From positions 32,001 through 96,000 of the forward strand of contig JAHPZJ010000010.1 in the NCBI GenBank assembly GCA_019058245.1: a stretch of DNA of 64,000 nt. The letters run 5' to 3'. The DNA comes from Promethearchaeota archaeon. GTDB lineage: Archaea > Asgardarchaeota > Lokiarchaeia > Sigyniarchaeales > SOKP01. Made by a program: the position numbers and the translations under genes. Position 1 is the stretch's first letter. The number at the start of each line of letters is the position of its first letter. The notes below the pieces were generated by a model that was not told the origin of the DNA, searched no databases, and saw nothing but the letters and a program-made list of their open reading frames with translations. Below, one piece after another: positions 19,253 through 28,903 of the stretch.

Positions 19253-19720
19253 TCATTCAAAAATTTCAATTTCAGGATGTTCTTTTGCTTCCTTAAATAT
19301 TGGTCCTTTTGCGATAAATCCGATCGCCAAATGACTACCTCTTCCAGAAAGTAAGAGATCATTTTCATTAATTTCAAATGCATTTAAAGTTCTTTCTGGC
19401 AGAATTATACTTTTATCTTCTTGGATTTTTAACCAACAATATTTTTTATTTTTGAATTCGATAATTTCACCCTCAGGTATTTCATAATTAGCTAATGAAG
19501 GATTTTTTTCTATCACTTCATTCATAATTGAATTTCTTAAGATCCTCATGGAACTTAATCCAAATCCACCTGAAGTTTTACTACCTGAAAATAAGATAGC
19601 AGATTTATCAAGTGATAAATTGTACTCTTGAAAAGCTTCGAGAGGAATCTTAATTTTGCCTTGATTTCCTATTATTGACCATCCAAATACATACTTTCCT
19701 CCTTTTACAATTTGAGGCAT
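19253..19720 (-). CDS. AbrB-like duplicated-domain protein
   Basis: MPQIVKGGKYVFGWSIIGNQGKIKIP swapped-hairpin-like start, with a second degenerate repeat. Confidence 0.55.
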   Translation of the reverse strand: MPQIVKGGKYVFGWSIIGNQGKIKIPLEAFQEYNLSLDKSAILFSGSKTSGGFGLSSMRILRNSIMNEVIEKNPSLANYEIPEGEIIEFKNKKYCWLKIQEDKSIILPERTLNAFEINENDLLLSGRGSHLAIGFIAKGPIFKEAKEHPEIEIFE

Positions 19721-19912
19721 TATTTATTTTCCAATTTTTTATTAAGTCTTATTATATACCATTATATCAAAAAAATCGTTATTTAATTCATATTTTTTTT
19801 AATACATTGTGAGTATAAAGCTTTCAAATTTTAAAATATCATTAGTGATACTGAAAAAATTCTACAAAGAGTAATAGCTAAGTTGATTCCAGGATGATTC
19901 ATTTCTTCAAAT

Positions 19913-20503
19913 TTAAATTTCATCTTTAATTTCTTTATAAAAATCTATTATTATCTTCTGTCTTTCTTTAGCTATTTCTTTTGTAGCGTCAAGATATAAT
20001 TGGTCTTTCAATTTTAATATTTTATTCTGAAGATGTTTAATTACCTCCTTTATACCACCTTTATTCATTGTTGTAAATGCAATTGTTCTATATAAACCAA
20101 TAGCACCAAGAGCATCCAATTTATCTGCATCAGATAATATTTTTGCTTCAAGTGTCTGAGGATTTGAATTATTTGAAAATGAATGTGACCTAATACTGTG
20201 AATTATATTCTTAAAATCTTCTTGAGACAATCCAATGTCATATGAATTTAAGAATTTTGAAGCCATCTTAGAGGATATTTCAGCATGATTCTTATTAGAA
20301 GTTTTTCTAGTCTTATCTTTTCTTCCAATATCATGAAGTAGTGCAGCAATCTTTAGTATCAGTAAATTAGCGTCTAATTTCTTTCCTAAGTGAAGACATA
20401 ACTTTAGAACACGTTCAGTATGGAAGAACCCATGAATATCATCAGGTTCAGAATTATCAAGAGCGAACTTCCTTACTTTTGATATAATATTCTTATCTAT
20501 CAT
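19913..20503 (-). CDS. HD-domain phosphohydrolase
   Basis: H...H, ALLHDIG and DADKLDALG motifs. Confidence 0.9.
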   Translation of the reverse strand: MIDKNIISKVRKFALDNSEPDDIHGFFHTERVLKLCLHLGKKLDANLLILKIAALLHDIGRKDKTRKTSNKNHAEISSKMASKFLNSYDIGLSQEDFKNIIHSIRSHSFSNNSNPQTLEAKILSDADKLDALGAIGLYRTIAFTTMNKGGIKEVIKHLQNKILKLKDQLYLDATKEIAKERQKIIIDFYKEIKDEI

Positions 20504-20742
20504 TGAATAATATTGTTTATTTATACTATTAAATCAATGATAAAATTATAAACAATTGGTCCAAAGATATTAACAGTAAATTAAATAAAATGGGATTAAT
20601 AATTCCGATAAAACACCCTTAAAATTTTTAATAGTCTATTTGATAGTTTCTGAGCTTTTAATATATCATAAAAAAAAGCCTAAGATATACTACAAATGAT
20701 TAAAATCTGAACTTTTATAATAATTAATATTAAATAGATGAT

Positions 20743-21501
20743 TTGTTTCATAAATATACATTAAAGGACATATATAATGTAAATTTAATGATTAATATGA
20801 TAGAACAATCCCTAATCTTGAATAACGTGAGTAAAATTTATACTATGGGTGAAAATAAAGTTATTGCATTGGATAATATAAATTTAAAAATCAACTCAGG
20901 TGAATTAATAACGCTATTAGGTCCATCTGGAGCAGGTAAAACAACCCTACTAAATTTATTGGGCGGAATTGATTCCCCCACATCTGGTGAAATAAATGTT
21001 TTTAACGAAGTCGTAAGCAATTTGTCTCCTAAGCAGCTTTCAGATTATAGAAAAAAAAAAGTCGGATTTGTCTTCCAATTCTTCAATTTATTACCTTCCT
21101 TGACGGCATTGGAAAATGTAGAAATCGCAATTGAAACTTTTGGAAAAAAAGAAGAGATTCGAAAAATTGCTTTAAAATATCTTGAAGCGGTCGGACTGAG
21201 TGATCGATTAGATCACCTTCCTTCCGAACTTAGTGGAGGTCAACAGCAAAGAGTTACTATAGCTCGGGCTTTAGCGAAGGAAGAGTTTGCAGAAGGTAAT
21301 CTCCTCATTCTGATGGATGAACCTACTGGAAATATCGATGAGACGACAGGTGATCAAATTCTTGAATTAATTAAGAAAATAGTAGCAGATTATAATGCGA
21401 CTTTTATAGTTGTTACCCATAATCCTTTACTTACAGAAAAATTACAATCAAGAGAAATTCATATACGGAATGGTAAAATTATAACTGATTCGAAAAAATA
21501 A
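20743..21501 (+). CDS. ABC transporter ATP-binding protein (LolD/MacB type)
   Basis: GPSGAGKTT, LSGGQQQRV and MDEPTGN motifs. The true start is probably an internal ATG near 20788-20797. Confidence 0.92.
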   Translation: MFHKYTLKDIYNVNLMINMIEQSLILNNVSKIYTMGENKVIALDNINLKINSGELITLLGPSGAGKTTLLNLLGGIDSPTSGEINVFNEVVSNLSPKQLSDYRKKKVGFVFQFFNLLPSLTALENVEIAIETFGKKEEIRKIALKYLEAVGLSDRLDHLPSELSGGQQQRVTIARALAKEEFAEGNLLILMDEPTGNIDETTGDQILELIKKIVADYNATFIVVTHNPLLTEKLQSREIHIRNGKIITDSKK

Positions 21502-21526
21502 CTGAAATTAAAAAGAGGCTTTTGAA

Positions 21527-23983
21527 ACGAAATTAATTAATAAAAAACCTTGGAAAGATTTAAAAAGCTTAGGTAAGCGAAGGATAATTTTAATTATTAT
21601 ATTATCTCTATGTATTGGTTTTTCCGTTGGAATCCTTCAAATCTTTTCTTCTATTAAACCACTGTTTGGAAATCTCTACAGAGATGCAGATAGAGCAGAC
21701 TATGAGTATATTACTTCTGGATTTAATTCGACTGTCGCATCTGAGATTAAATCAATACCTGGAGTAAAAGATATTGTACCTCGACTTGTATTTCAATTCC
21801 CGATTAAGATAAAGGATGACCCACAAACATATCTAATACGATTAATCGGAATTAATGTGTCATCATCTTTTTCTGACACAGAAAATTTACCGATATATCA
21901 TTATAAATTACAATCTGGAAGTAATCTGCAGCCTGTTGATTATCATAAGATATTACTTTCAAAAGAATTTTTTAAAGCACGAAATCTTAAAAATTCAGAG
22001 AATATTACTATTGAATCATTAGGAAATGCAAACTTTACGATCAAAGGTGTCTTTTGGAGCATTGAATTTACGATGACCAATACTGCACCTGAAGTTTTAT
22101 TTCCTATAAAAGGGTCATTGGGTATTGGATTTGTAGATGTAAACGATTTAATCCAAATGGTTAATGCATCTAATCCCTTATTATTTTTTCCATATGCGTC
22201 ATATCAATTTAACCAATTACAGGTTATATTTGATGCAAATGCTAATCAAGATGATATAAATAGGGATATAGAAAATAAATTTGGAAGTCTGGGTATTCAA
22301 TTAATCTCAAGCATTCCTTTTGAAAAGAGTTATACATGGAATTATGTAATGAGTGATCTGAAAGGAAGTACGCAAGTCTTTTTTATAATTTTAATTCTTG
22401 CGCTTATAATGGCGCTAACATCGAATATATCGATCTATAGACAATTTATTACTTCCCAACAAAAACAAATCGGCATTCTTGGTTGCTTGGGGTTCTCCAA
22501 GAAAAAAATATCCAAATCTTTTATTGTATTATCACTTCAAATTACGCTGATATCAACTGTAATTAGTATAGTTTTTGCTTATGCCCTTATTGAAGAGATG
22601 ATGTTTGAAATGAGTTCACAAATTATAGGAACCACAACTCTTTTTCCATTCTCATTTGCCTTAATTATTGAGGCTTTCTTATTTAGTTTAGCAATCGGCT
22701 TGTTATCGATGATTCCTCCCGTTTATAAAATGATGAAGAAAAATATGGTTGATTTAGTTTATAGAAAACAGGGATCTAAAGGATTTAAACATCATACAAA
22801 AAGATTTAAATTAGTAAAAAGAGAAAAAACCAAGATACGTCCATCAACCAAACTATTTTGGAGGAATTTTAGGAAAAATCCACGCAATACAGCTCTTATG
22901 ATGATAGGAATCACATTTTCCATAGTAATTGTGAGCTCGATGCTTTTAATGTGGGATAGCGTACACTATACAACCAGTAATGCTATAAGATTAACAGAAA
23001 AATGGGATATGAGTGTAACTTCTTCAATCGGAATGGATGATATGGGATCTGAGATGCAAGATATCAGTAGTTTACCAGATATTGAAAAAACAGAATCAGC
23101 ACTTAAATTAACTCTGCTATTTGAGAATCCCCAAAATGAAGTTGACAATCAAACGGGAATTTTATTGGGGCTTAAATTGGATCAATCATTACATAAATTC
23201 AACTTTATTAATAAGAACGGAGAATCCAGTCGACTTTATCAAAATAATGACGAAATCATAATTTCAGACCATATTTCACGTAAATTGGGATTAGATATTG
23301 GAGAGAACATCACAATTTATAACCCTTTAGGAAACAAGAAACAATTCATAATTGTTGGAATTACCAAAGAAATTATGACAACATGTTATGCTTTATTGGA
23401 TTCTGCTCAGCACTTTTCAAATCAGCTTGAAAAAATAAATATCCTCTTCATATCCTATTCCTCTACTCCTAATGATGAATCAGAACTTATCAATGATATA
23501 TATAATGAATCTGATGAGATCTCATTAGTTCAACCAATGGCAGATTTAATAAACCAAATAAAGATATACGGAGATCTATTAATCCCATTTATCGGTATTG
23601 TCGTGGGATTTGCAGGAATTGTTGAATTATTTATATTGATCAATTCTACACTAATGAAGATTACAGAGCATGAAAATGAATATGGAGTATTGAGAAGCCT
23701 TGGTTTCAAGAAAAAGAAAATATTTATGCAAATATTATTCGAAAATCTTATCTGGACCGTTATTGCAGTGACAATTGCACTTTTATTAATACCACTTGTA
23801 GCAGACTATATGATTATGGCATATCAAGATGAATTCGCGATCTTTCCGAGATTTACAATGTTTACATATCTCGGGACAATTCTGATCCCTATTTTAATAA
23901 TCTTTATTGCAGCTAGGTCTGGAGTGAAAGTTATTTATAAGAAGAACCTATATGAACAAGTCCAAACACAGTTTACTGGATAA
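21527..23983 (+). CDS. FtsX/LolE-type ABC permease (N-terminus extends upstream of the called 21857 start)
   Basis: The frame is open from 21512 and encodes KLINKKPWKDLKSLGKRRIILIIILSLCIG (first TM helix). Two permease halves carry IGILGCLGF and YGVLRSLGF. The best start candidate after the GAGG RBS is ACG at 21527. Confidence 0.8.
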   Translation, partial: TKLINKKPWKDLKSLGKRRIILIIILSLCIGFSVGILQIFSSIKPLFGNLYRDADRADYEYITSGFNSTVASEIKSIPGVKDIVPRLVFQFPIKIKDDPQTYLIRLIGINVSSSFSDTENLPIYHYKLQSGSNLQPVDYHKILLSKEFFKARNLKNSENITIESLGNANFTIKGVFWSIEFTMTNTAPEVLFPIKGSLGIGFVDVNDLIQMVNASNPLLFFPYASYQFNQLQVIFDANANQDDINRDIENKFGSLGIQLISSIPFEKSYTWNYVMSDLKGSTQVFFIILILALIMALTSNISIYRQFITSQQKQIGILGCLGFSKKKISKSFIVLSLQITLISTVISIVFAYALIEEMMFEMSSQIIGTTTLFPFSFALIIEAFLFSLAIGLLSMIPPVYKMMKKNMVDLVYRKQGSKGFKHHTKRFKLVKREKTKIRPSTKLFWRNFRKNPRNTALMMIGITFSIVIVSSMLLMWDSVHYTTSNAIRLTEKWDMSVTSSIGMDDMGSEMQDISSLPDIEKTESALKLTLLFENPQNEVDNQTGILLGLKLDQSLHKFNFINKNGESSRLYQNNDEIIISDHISRKLGLDIGENITIYNPLGNKKQFIIVGITKEIMTTCYALLDSAQHFSNQLEKINILFISYSSTPNDESELINDIYNESDEISLVQPMADLINQIKIYGDLLIPFIGIVVGFAGIVELFILINSTLMKITEHENEYGVLRSLGFKKKKIFMQILFENLIWTVIAVTIALLLIPLVADYMIMAYQDEFAIFPRFTMFTYLGTILIPILIIFIAARSGVKVIYKKNLYEQVQTQFTG

Positions 23984-24026
23984 ATTAACATAATTTTGAT
24001 TAATTCAGACGAAAAATAGACTTTAT

Positions 24027-25436
24027 TTATGCTATTATATCTACTATAAAATTATAGACAAGTGGTCCTACATATATTAATAACAAAATAAATACAATAG
24101 GAGTAATAATTCCCAATAAACCCCATAAAATTTTTGATAATTTACTTGGTGACTTCCAATCCTTATATTTTATTTTATTTTTTGATATTCTTTGAGCCTC
24201 TTTAGAAAGAGCTTTATAATAATGTCGTTTTCCTTTACCTGTAAGATATAATTTATCATCTTTCTGATAAATTATTCCCTTTTTTTTCATAAGGTGGACA
24301 ATCTTAAGAATATTAAAAGTCTCAATATTAGAAAGTCCAAATATTGCCCAAATTCCAAAAATTTCATAACCTTTTTTGATAGCTTCATTAAATTTTTCAT
24401 TCAATTGGGATTCAGAAAGAGTTTCTTCTTCTGTAATAACTAATATCCAATGTGCTATTTTAAATTCAAAAGCTTTATCTATATTTAATTTGAAACTATC
24501 AATATCGAGGTCATCTCCTGATTTAATTAATTCAACCAAGGTTTCTCCTCCATCAAGTATAAGCAAAAAAGCAATAAAAATACCAATGATTGAGTCTATT
24601 ACATATATTCCAAATAATGCAAAAATTAATCCCGTTATAACTCCTAATGATAATCTGATATTATTTACATTATCTTTAGCATCAGAGAGTAAAGCAAAAT
24701 TACCACGTAATTTTCCAACAAAATTTTTTAAAAATAACAGCATCAAGTTTATTAAAATCGATATAAACATTAATAAGAATGAAAAATAAGAGGGGTTTAC
24801 AGTACTAACTTGAATTAACGAAAATATTGAAGTAATTATTAAATTTATTCCAGTTATAACCATTAAAAGGATAATTATAATTGCCCCTAATCTATCTTTC
24901 TTTAATTTAATACTTATAGTTATTATTAGAATTTTGATAATATCTGTGAAATTCTCAATTCCCTCATTAAATAAAGCATCACTTCCTAAATTCAACCCCG
25001 TTATAATTTTCAATGAACTCATAAATATCAAGCAAACCAAAGAGAAAATTAAGACAACTTTTTCACTAAAAAAAAATGTAATTGCTTTATTTGTGATTAA
25101 ATTAACGTTTTTAGATTTAAGTAAAACATTATTTCCTTTTTCTGTTAGAGAATAATTATCATTTTCTTGTTGAATTAATTCTTTATTAATTCCTTTTAAA
25201 AGAATTTCATCTAACTGAGTTTTGTTTAATTTTATACAAGCAAATTCGTTGACATAGAAATATTTAAAATAATTATAAAGCAATTCTCGAGTTATTACTC
25301 CCTTATCAATTACGTACATTAAAGCATATAAAGGAGATCCATTAGGGTCATCTTCTAATATCTGTGTAACCTCGTAAGAAAGTTTTGTGATTCCTTTATG
25401 AGTTTTACGAAATTCTTTTAATTTTACACTTTCCAT
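24027..25436 (-). CDS. Cation diffusion facilitator (CDF) TM domain flanked by winged-helix-like domains
   Basis: GSDALFNEGIENFTD and ALLSDAKDNVNN match CDF-like motifs. YSLTEKG and LYLTGKG are wHTH wing motifs on either side. Confidence 0.6.
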   Translation of the reverse strand: MESVKLKEFRKTHKGITKLSYEVTQILEDDPNGSPLYALMYVIDKGVITRELLYNYFKYFYVNEFACIKLNKTQLDEILLKGINKELIQQENDNYSLTEKGNNVLLKSKNVNLITNKAITFFFSEKVVLIFSLVCLIFMSSLKIITGLNLGSDALFNEGIENFTDIIKILIITISIKLKKDRLGAIIIILLMVITGINLIITSIFSLIQVSTVNPSYFSFLLMFISILINLMLLFLKNFVGKLRGNFALLSDAKDNVNNIRLSLGVITGLIFALFGIYVIDSIIGIFIAFLLILDGGETLVELIKSGDDLDIDSFKLNIDKAFEFKIAHWILVITEEETLSESQLNEKFNEAIKKGYEIFGIWAIFGLSNIETFNILKIVHLMKKKGIIYQKDDKLYLTGKGKRHYYKALSKEAQRISKNKIKYKDWKSPSKLSKILWGLLGIITPIVFILLLIYVGPLVYNFIVDIIA

Positions 25437-25742
25437 GGCTAATTAAAAATAGAATTAATGAATAGATATATTATATTAATAGAAATATTTATACCAATAA
25501 AAATTGCTTCTACTATTTCTAGAACAATCTGATATAATTCTGTAAGAAGAAAATATTCCTTATTTTTAAATGTAATATTAATTAATTTCTATATTTCTAC
25601 ATAATCACTTAAGCTTAGCTTAATAATAGATTTAATAGTTTATTATAACACATAGTTTTAGGGATATTAATTAGGCAAAATTTTGAGGATTTACAATGAA
25701 TTTTCGTAAAAAATAAACTATAATATTTTTTAGTACTTCAAT

Positions 25743-26174
25743 TTAGTTCATTAATCCTCTTTCTTTTAACCATTCTTTTATTTTCTCATGAATTTGATCC
25801 CTAATTTCACGAAATTTATTTAGTTTTTCCTCATCAGTGCTTTCAAAGGTAGTAGGGTCTTCAAATGGCCAAAATAATCGAGTACCTACCCCTGGAATAG
25901 TTGGACATTTTTCTTCTGCTTTAGCGCATACAGTAATCACGACTCAAAAATGTATTTTTCCCAAATACTGCTTTAACTCTTTAGAAGTATGGTTACTTAA
26001 ATCATATCCTATTTCTTCCATCATTTTTATTGTTAAAGGATTAATCCCTTTTGGTTCAAAACCAGCACTATAAACTTCAAAATGATCTCCTGCATATTTC
26101 CTCAGAAATGTTTCTGCTATTTGGCTCCTTGCAGAATTTTTAGTACATAAAAAGATAGCTTTTGTTTTTTTCAT
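25743..26174 (-). pseudogene. arsC: Thioredoxin-dependent arsenate reductase (LMW-PTP fold) interrupted by one in-frame TGA
   Basis: The two ORFs are in the same frame: CTKNSARSQ...KIHF-TGA(25946-25944)-VVITVCAKAEEKCP...WPFEDP...FREIRDQI. Confidence 0.8.
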
Positions 26175-26235
26175 AATAATTCTCCTTTTTTGAACTATAT
26201 TTTGGCAGATTTTTAATTGTTATTTATATAAAATA

Positions 26236-26294
26236 TATAGGAGGCAATCCTCTTGTCAATCTTTTACTAACATTTATTAAAAGATCTCATCCAA
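26236..26294 (-). ncRNA. SECIS-like element, copy 1
   Basis: Minus strand reads TTGG-ATGA-G-ATCTTTTAAT-AAATGTT-AGTAAAAGAT-T-GA-CAA. This gives an AUGA/GA core, a ~10-bp helix and apical AAA. It is 57/59 identical to copy 2. Confidence 0.8.
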
Positions 26295-26781
26295 TACTAT
26301 TTGAATATTCAGATTTAAAGTAGTGGGCAAAAATTTCATTGTCTTTTCCATATTTCTTTCTAATAATGCTTTTAAATTCACCGATATCCAGTCTTTTTTT
26401 CACTTTTTCTCATCAACATCCAGAATCTGGTTGTAAATCTATTACACTATTAGGATATAATACAAAATTTATATCATCCCGAAGCGGCATAAATTTTCTT
26501 AGATTACCATGCTCATCAGGACCATAAGACATTAATCCTATATCATCATAAATTGCATTTTCTTCTGGATTCCATATTAATTGTAAATAATTATGGATAT
26601 AACCATCAAATAAAGGAAATATAGATTCATCTGGATTTTCATAAATAAATTTATCTATGAGAGCTAAAGCTTCAACAAAAGTAGCATTGTCTCTGACTTC
26701 TATAGTAAAATTTTTACCATGTTGTAAACCACTTGACGGAATACTAATTTTAAATGTAATTTTTTTAATTTTAAAAATCAC
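26287..26781 (-). CDS. Candidate selenoprotein A, beta-grasp (MoaD/ThiS-like) fold, C-U-U motif, 164 aa
   Basis: ...QPDSGC-TGA-TGA-EKVKKRLDIGEFKSIIRKKYGKDNEIFAHYF... The post-UGA segment is conserved with paralog B and a SECIS-like element follows. The fold call is inference. Confidence 0.75.
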
Positions 26782-26977
26782 CTCTTATTAATAAAAAAGA
26801 ATAAATTTTTAAACATTAAGATAGTCCTTTAGCTTTAAGTATTTTTAGGAGTTCTTTCTTAAGTATAACTGTTGGTATTTATTCTATATATATAATATTT
26901 ATACAAAATAATAAAAATACTTTAGAACAATGATATTTATCTTCATTCTTAAATAGAAATTATTATTAACATTTCTT

Positions 26978-27976
26978 TTACCAATCTTTGTTTTCCCATT
27001 TCTTAAAAGAACCAAATCCTTCAGTTTTTGAAATTACTTCTTTTAAACTTTTATCAAAAAGAATTGAGATATAATAAGAGGAAACTTCTCGTTTAAATGA
27101 TTTATACCGGATAGATTGTGAAAAACTTTCAGCTAAGATCAAAACAACTTTAACTGAATCCTTATTTTCATGAATAAAAGGAAGAATATAATTCCATTTA
27201 TGATAAAATCTATATTCCTGACTAATTTGTTTAGCTAATTCAAAAAAAATGAATTCATCTGAAACATTTGAAATTGTTTGATTTATTAAATCTTGTTTTT
27301 TGGATGAAAAAATAAATTTTTTTTTTAAAGTAAAAGTGATAAATTTATTCGTTAAAATTTTTTCATAAATTAAATAATAAAATGGAAGAAGACCAGGAAT
27401 GTATTTCTGATTTTTAGGAATTTTTAGTTGTATTATAATTCTTGAAAAACCCCTAATCCCAAAATATGCTAGATAAACATAGAGATAAAAGAAAGCAAGA
27501 TTCATAAGTATTTGATAATAAGGTAATGCAAAATAAAATGCTATTAAAACCAGAAGATTTATACAAGAAAAAGTCATCAATAATGGGTTCACTGCTCTAT
27601 CAGCAATTAGTCTATACTCTTTTTTAGAGATCGGATAAAATATTGGTATTTTTGAAGCAGCAAAAAAATCTAGAGAGACATGGATACTGTATCCTATGAA
27701 TCCAGCAAACCAAATCTCAATGAAAAAAACATTTCTAAATATAGATATAAAAAAACTAACAATTCCACTAATTATTAATCCGATAATATAAGAATGAGAA
27801 CCAGCTTTATGAGAAAGAAAGTACATTTTTCTGATTTTTTGGAGCGGTCCTAAGAAAACGTCCAAATCTGGTAAAAATGTCATAATCCACATTAGGATAA
27901 TAGCTTCTGGACTTAACTTGGTTAATGAAAATAGACCTGCTAAAACCCCTATAAACATATGTGTGAAAAAATCCAT
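26978..27976 (-). CDS. Membrane-bound metal-dependent hydrolase (YdjM-like)
   Basis: MDFFTH, LPDLD, SHKAGSHS and SIHVSLD motifs with multiple TM segments. Confidence 0.75.
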   Translation of the reverse strand: MDFFTHMFIGVLAGLFSLTKLSPEAIILMWIMTFLPDLDVFLGPLQKIRKMYFLSHKAGSHSYIIGLIISGIVSFFISIFRNVFFIEIWFAGFIGYSIHVSLDFFAASKIPIFYPISKKEYRLIADRAVNPLLMTFSCINLLVLIAFYFALPYYQILMNLAFFYLYVYLAYFGIRGFSRIIIQLKIPKNQKYIPGLLPFYYLIYEKILTNKFITFTLKKKFIFSSKKQDLINQTISNVSDEFIFFELAKQISQEYRFYHKWNYILPFIHENKDSVKVVLILAESFSQSIRYKSFKREVSSYYISILFDKSLKEVISKTEGFGSFKKWENKDW

Positions 27977-28030
27977 ATATGTTTTAAAAATAAGACAGCT
28001 TATTTATACAATTCGATTAAAATTTATATT

Positions 28031-28089
28031 TATAGGAAGCAATCCTCTTGTCAATCTTTTACTAACATTTATTAAAAGATTTCATCCAA
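28031..28089 (-). ncRNA. SECIS-like element, copy 2
   Basis: Minus strand reads TTGG-ATGA-A-ATCTTTTAAT-AAATGTT-AGTAAAAGAT-T-GA-CAA, starting 13 nt after the TAA of candidate selenoprotein B. Confidence 0.8.
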
Positions 28090-28102
28090 ATTAATGAATT
28101 TT

Positions 28103-28567
28103 TTATAAATTAAAATAATGGGTGAAACTCTTATGATCTTTTCCATATTTTTTCATAATAATCCTTTTAAATGTCCCATAATCTAATCTCTCTTTCATTA
28201 CATCAGCTCATCAATCAGCATGGACAGCGATAGTTATTTCACTATTAGGATATAGGTTAAAGTTAATGTCTTCATGTAGAGGCATAAATTCTTTTTGAGG
28301 CCCATAAGCGTTTACAGCACAATCCTCATAAATAATATTATCCTCAGCATCCCAAATTAACTGAAGATAACTTTTGATTAAGCCTTTATAAATTGGAAAT
28401 ATGTTATCTTCGATATTTTCATAAACTTTTTTATCTAATATGCTTAATGCATCAACAAGAGTTCCATTATCCTTTATATCCAAATCAAAATCAATTCCAT
28501 TTGACAATTTCCTTTCAGGATCCGGTGCAAATATTGTTATTTTTATTTTCTTAATTTCCAAAATCAC
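28103..28567 (-). CDS. Candidate selenoprotein B, paralog of A, U-U motif, 154 aa
   Basis: ...AVHAD-TGA-TGA-ADVMKERLDYGTFKRIIMKKYGKDHKSFTHYFNL-TAA. The first TGA aligns without gaps to the Cys of paralog A. Confidence 0.78.
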
Positions 28568-28598
28568 CTCTAATAAAAAAGAAATAAATTTATAAAAT

Positions 28599-28889
28599 CT
28601 AAATTAATCCTTTTGCCTTCAGAAGGATTGGTAGTTCTCTCTTGAGATTAAAAGAGGAAGAGATTTTTTTCTTTCCATCTATTATTATGCATTTATTATA
28701 GATATTTAATTGCCTTGCTTCCTCTGAATTTAGATTTTTAGTGTCATAATCAATGTATTTTATATAAGGTGTAAGTTCAACAAATACTCGGTTCATGAAT
28801 TTATCCCATTCACACGCACAGGCATCTAACGGAACATAAATATCAACCTTTAATTTTTCTATAGTTTTATCATTAATTATTTTTATCAC
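28599..28889 (-). CDS. Small thioredoxin-like protein with CxC motif
   Basis: VDIYVPLDACAC beta-strand plus Cys motif and a C-terminal CIIIDGK; lies directly upstream of selenoprotein B. Confidence 0.55.
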   Translation of the reverse strand: MIKIINDKTIEKLKVDIYVPLDACACEWDKFMNRVFVELTPYIKYIDYDTKNLNSEEARQLNIYNKCIIIDGKKKISSSFNLKRELPILLKAKGLI

Positions 28890-28903
28890 CCCTTAAAAGT
28901 ATT

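Noticed and set aside
26236-28089. 59-nt direct repeat read as a CRISPR repeat, MITE or att site flanking a mobile segment
   Set aside because: There are only two copies, no spacers, cas genes, integrase or target duplication. Their position after UGA-containing paralogs and the AUGA/AAA/GA fold fit SECIS better.
25743-28567. Genome-wide UGA reassignment (genetic code 4 or 25) as the explanation for the in-frame TGAs
   Set aside because: Long genes throughout the window have no internal TGA, Trp is encoded by TGG, and TGA serves as a normal stop elsewhere (e.g. 6843, 43991, 47240).
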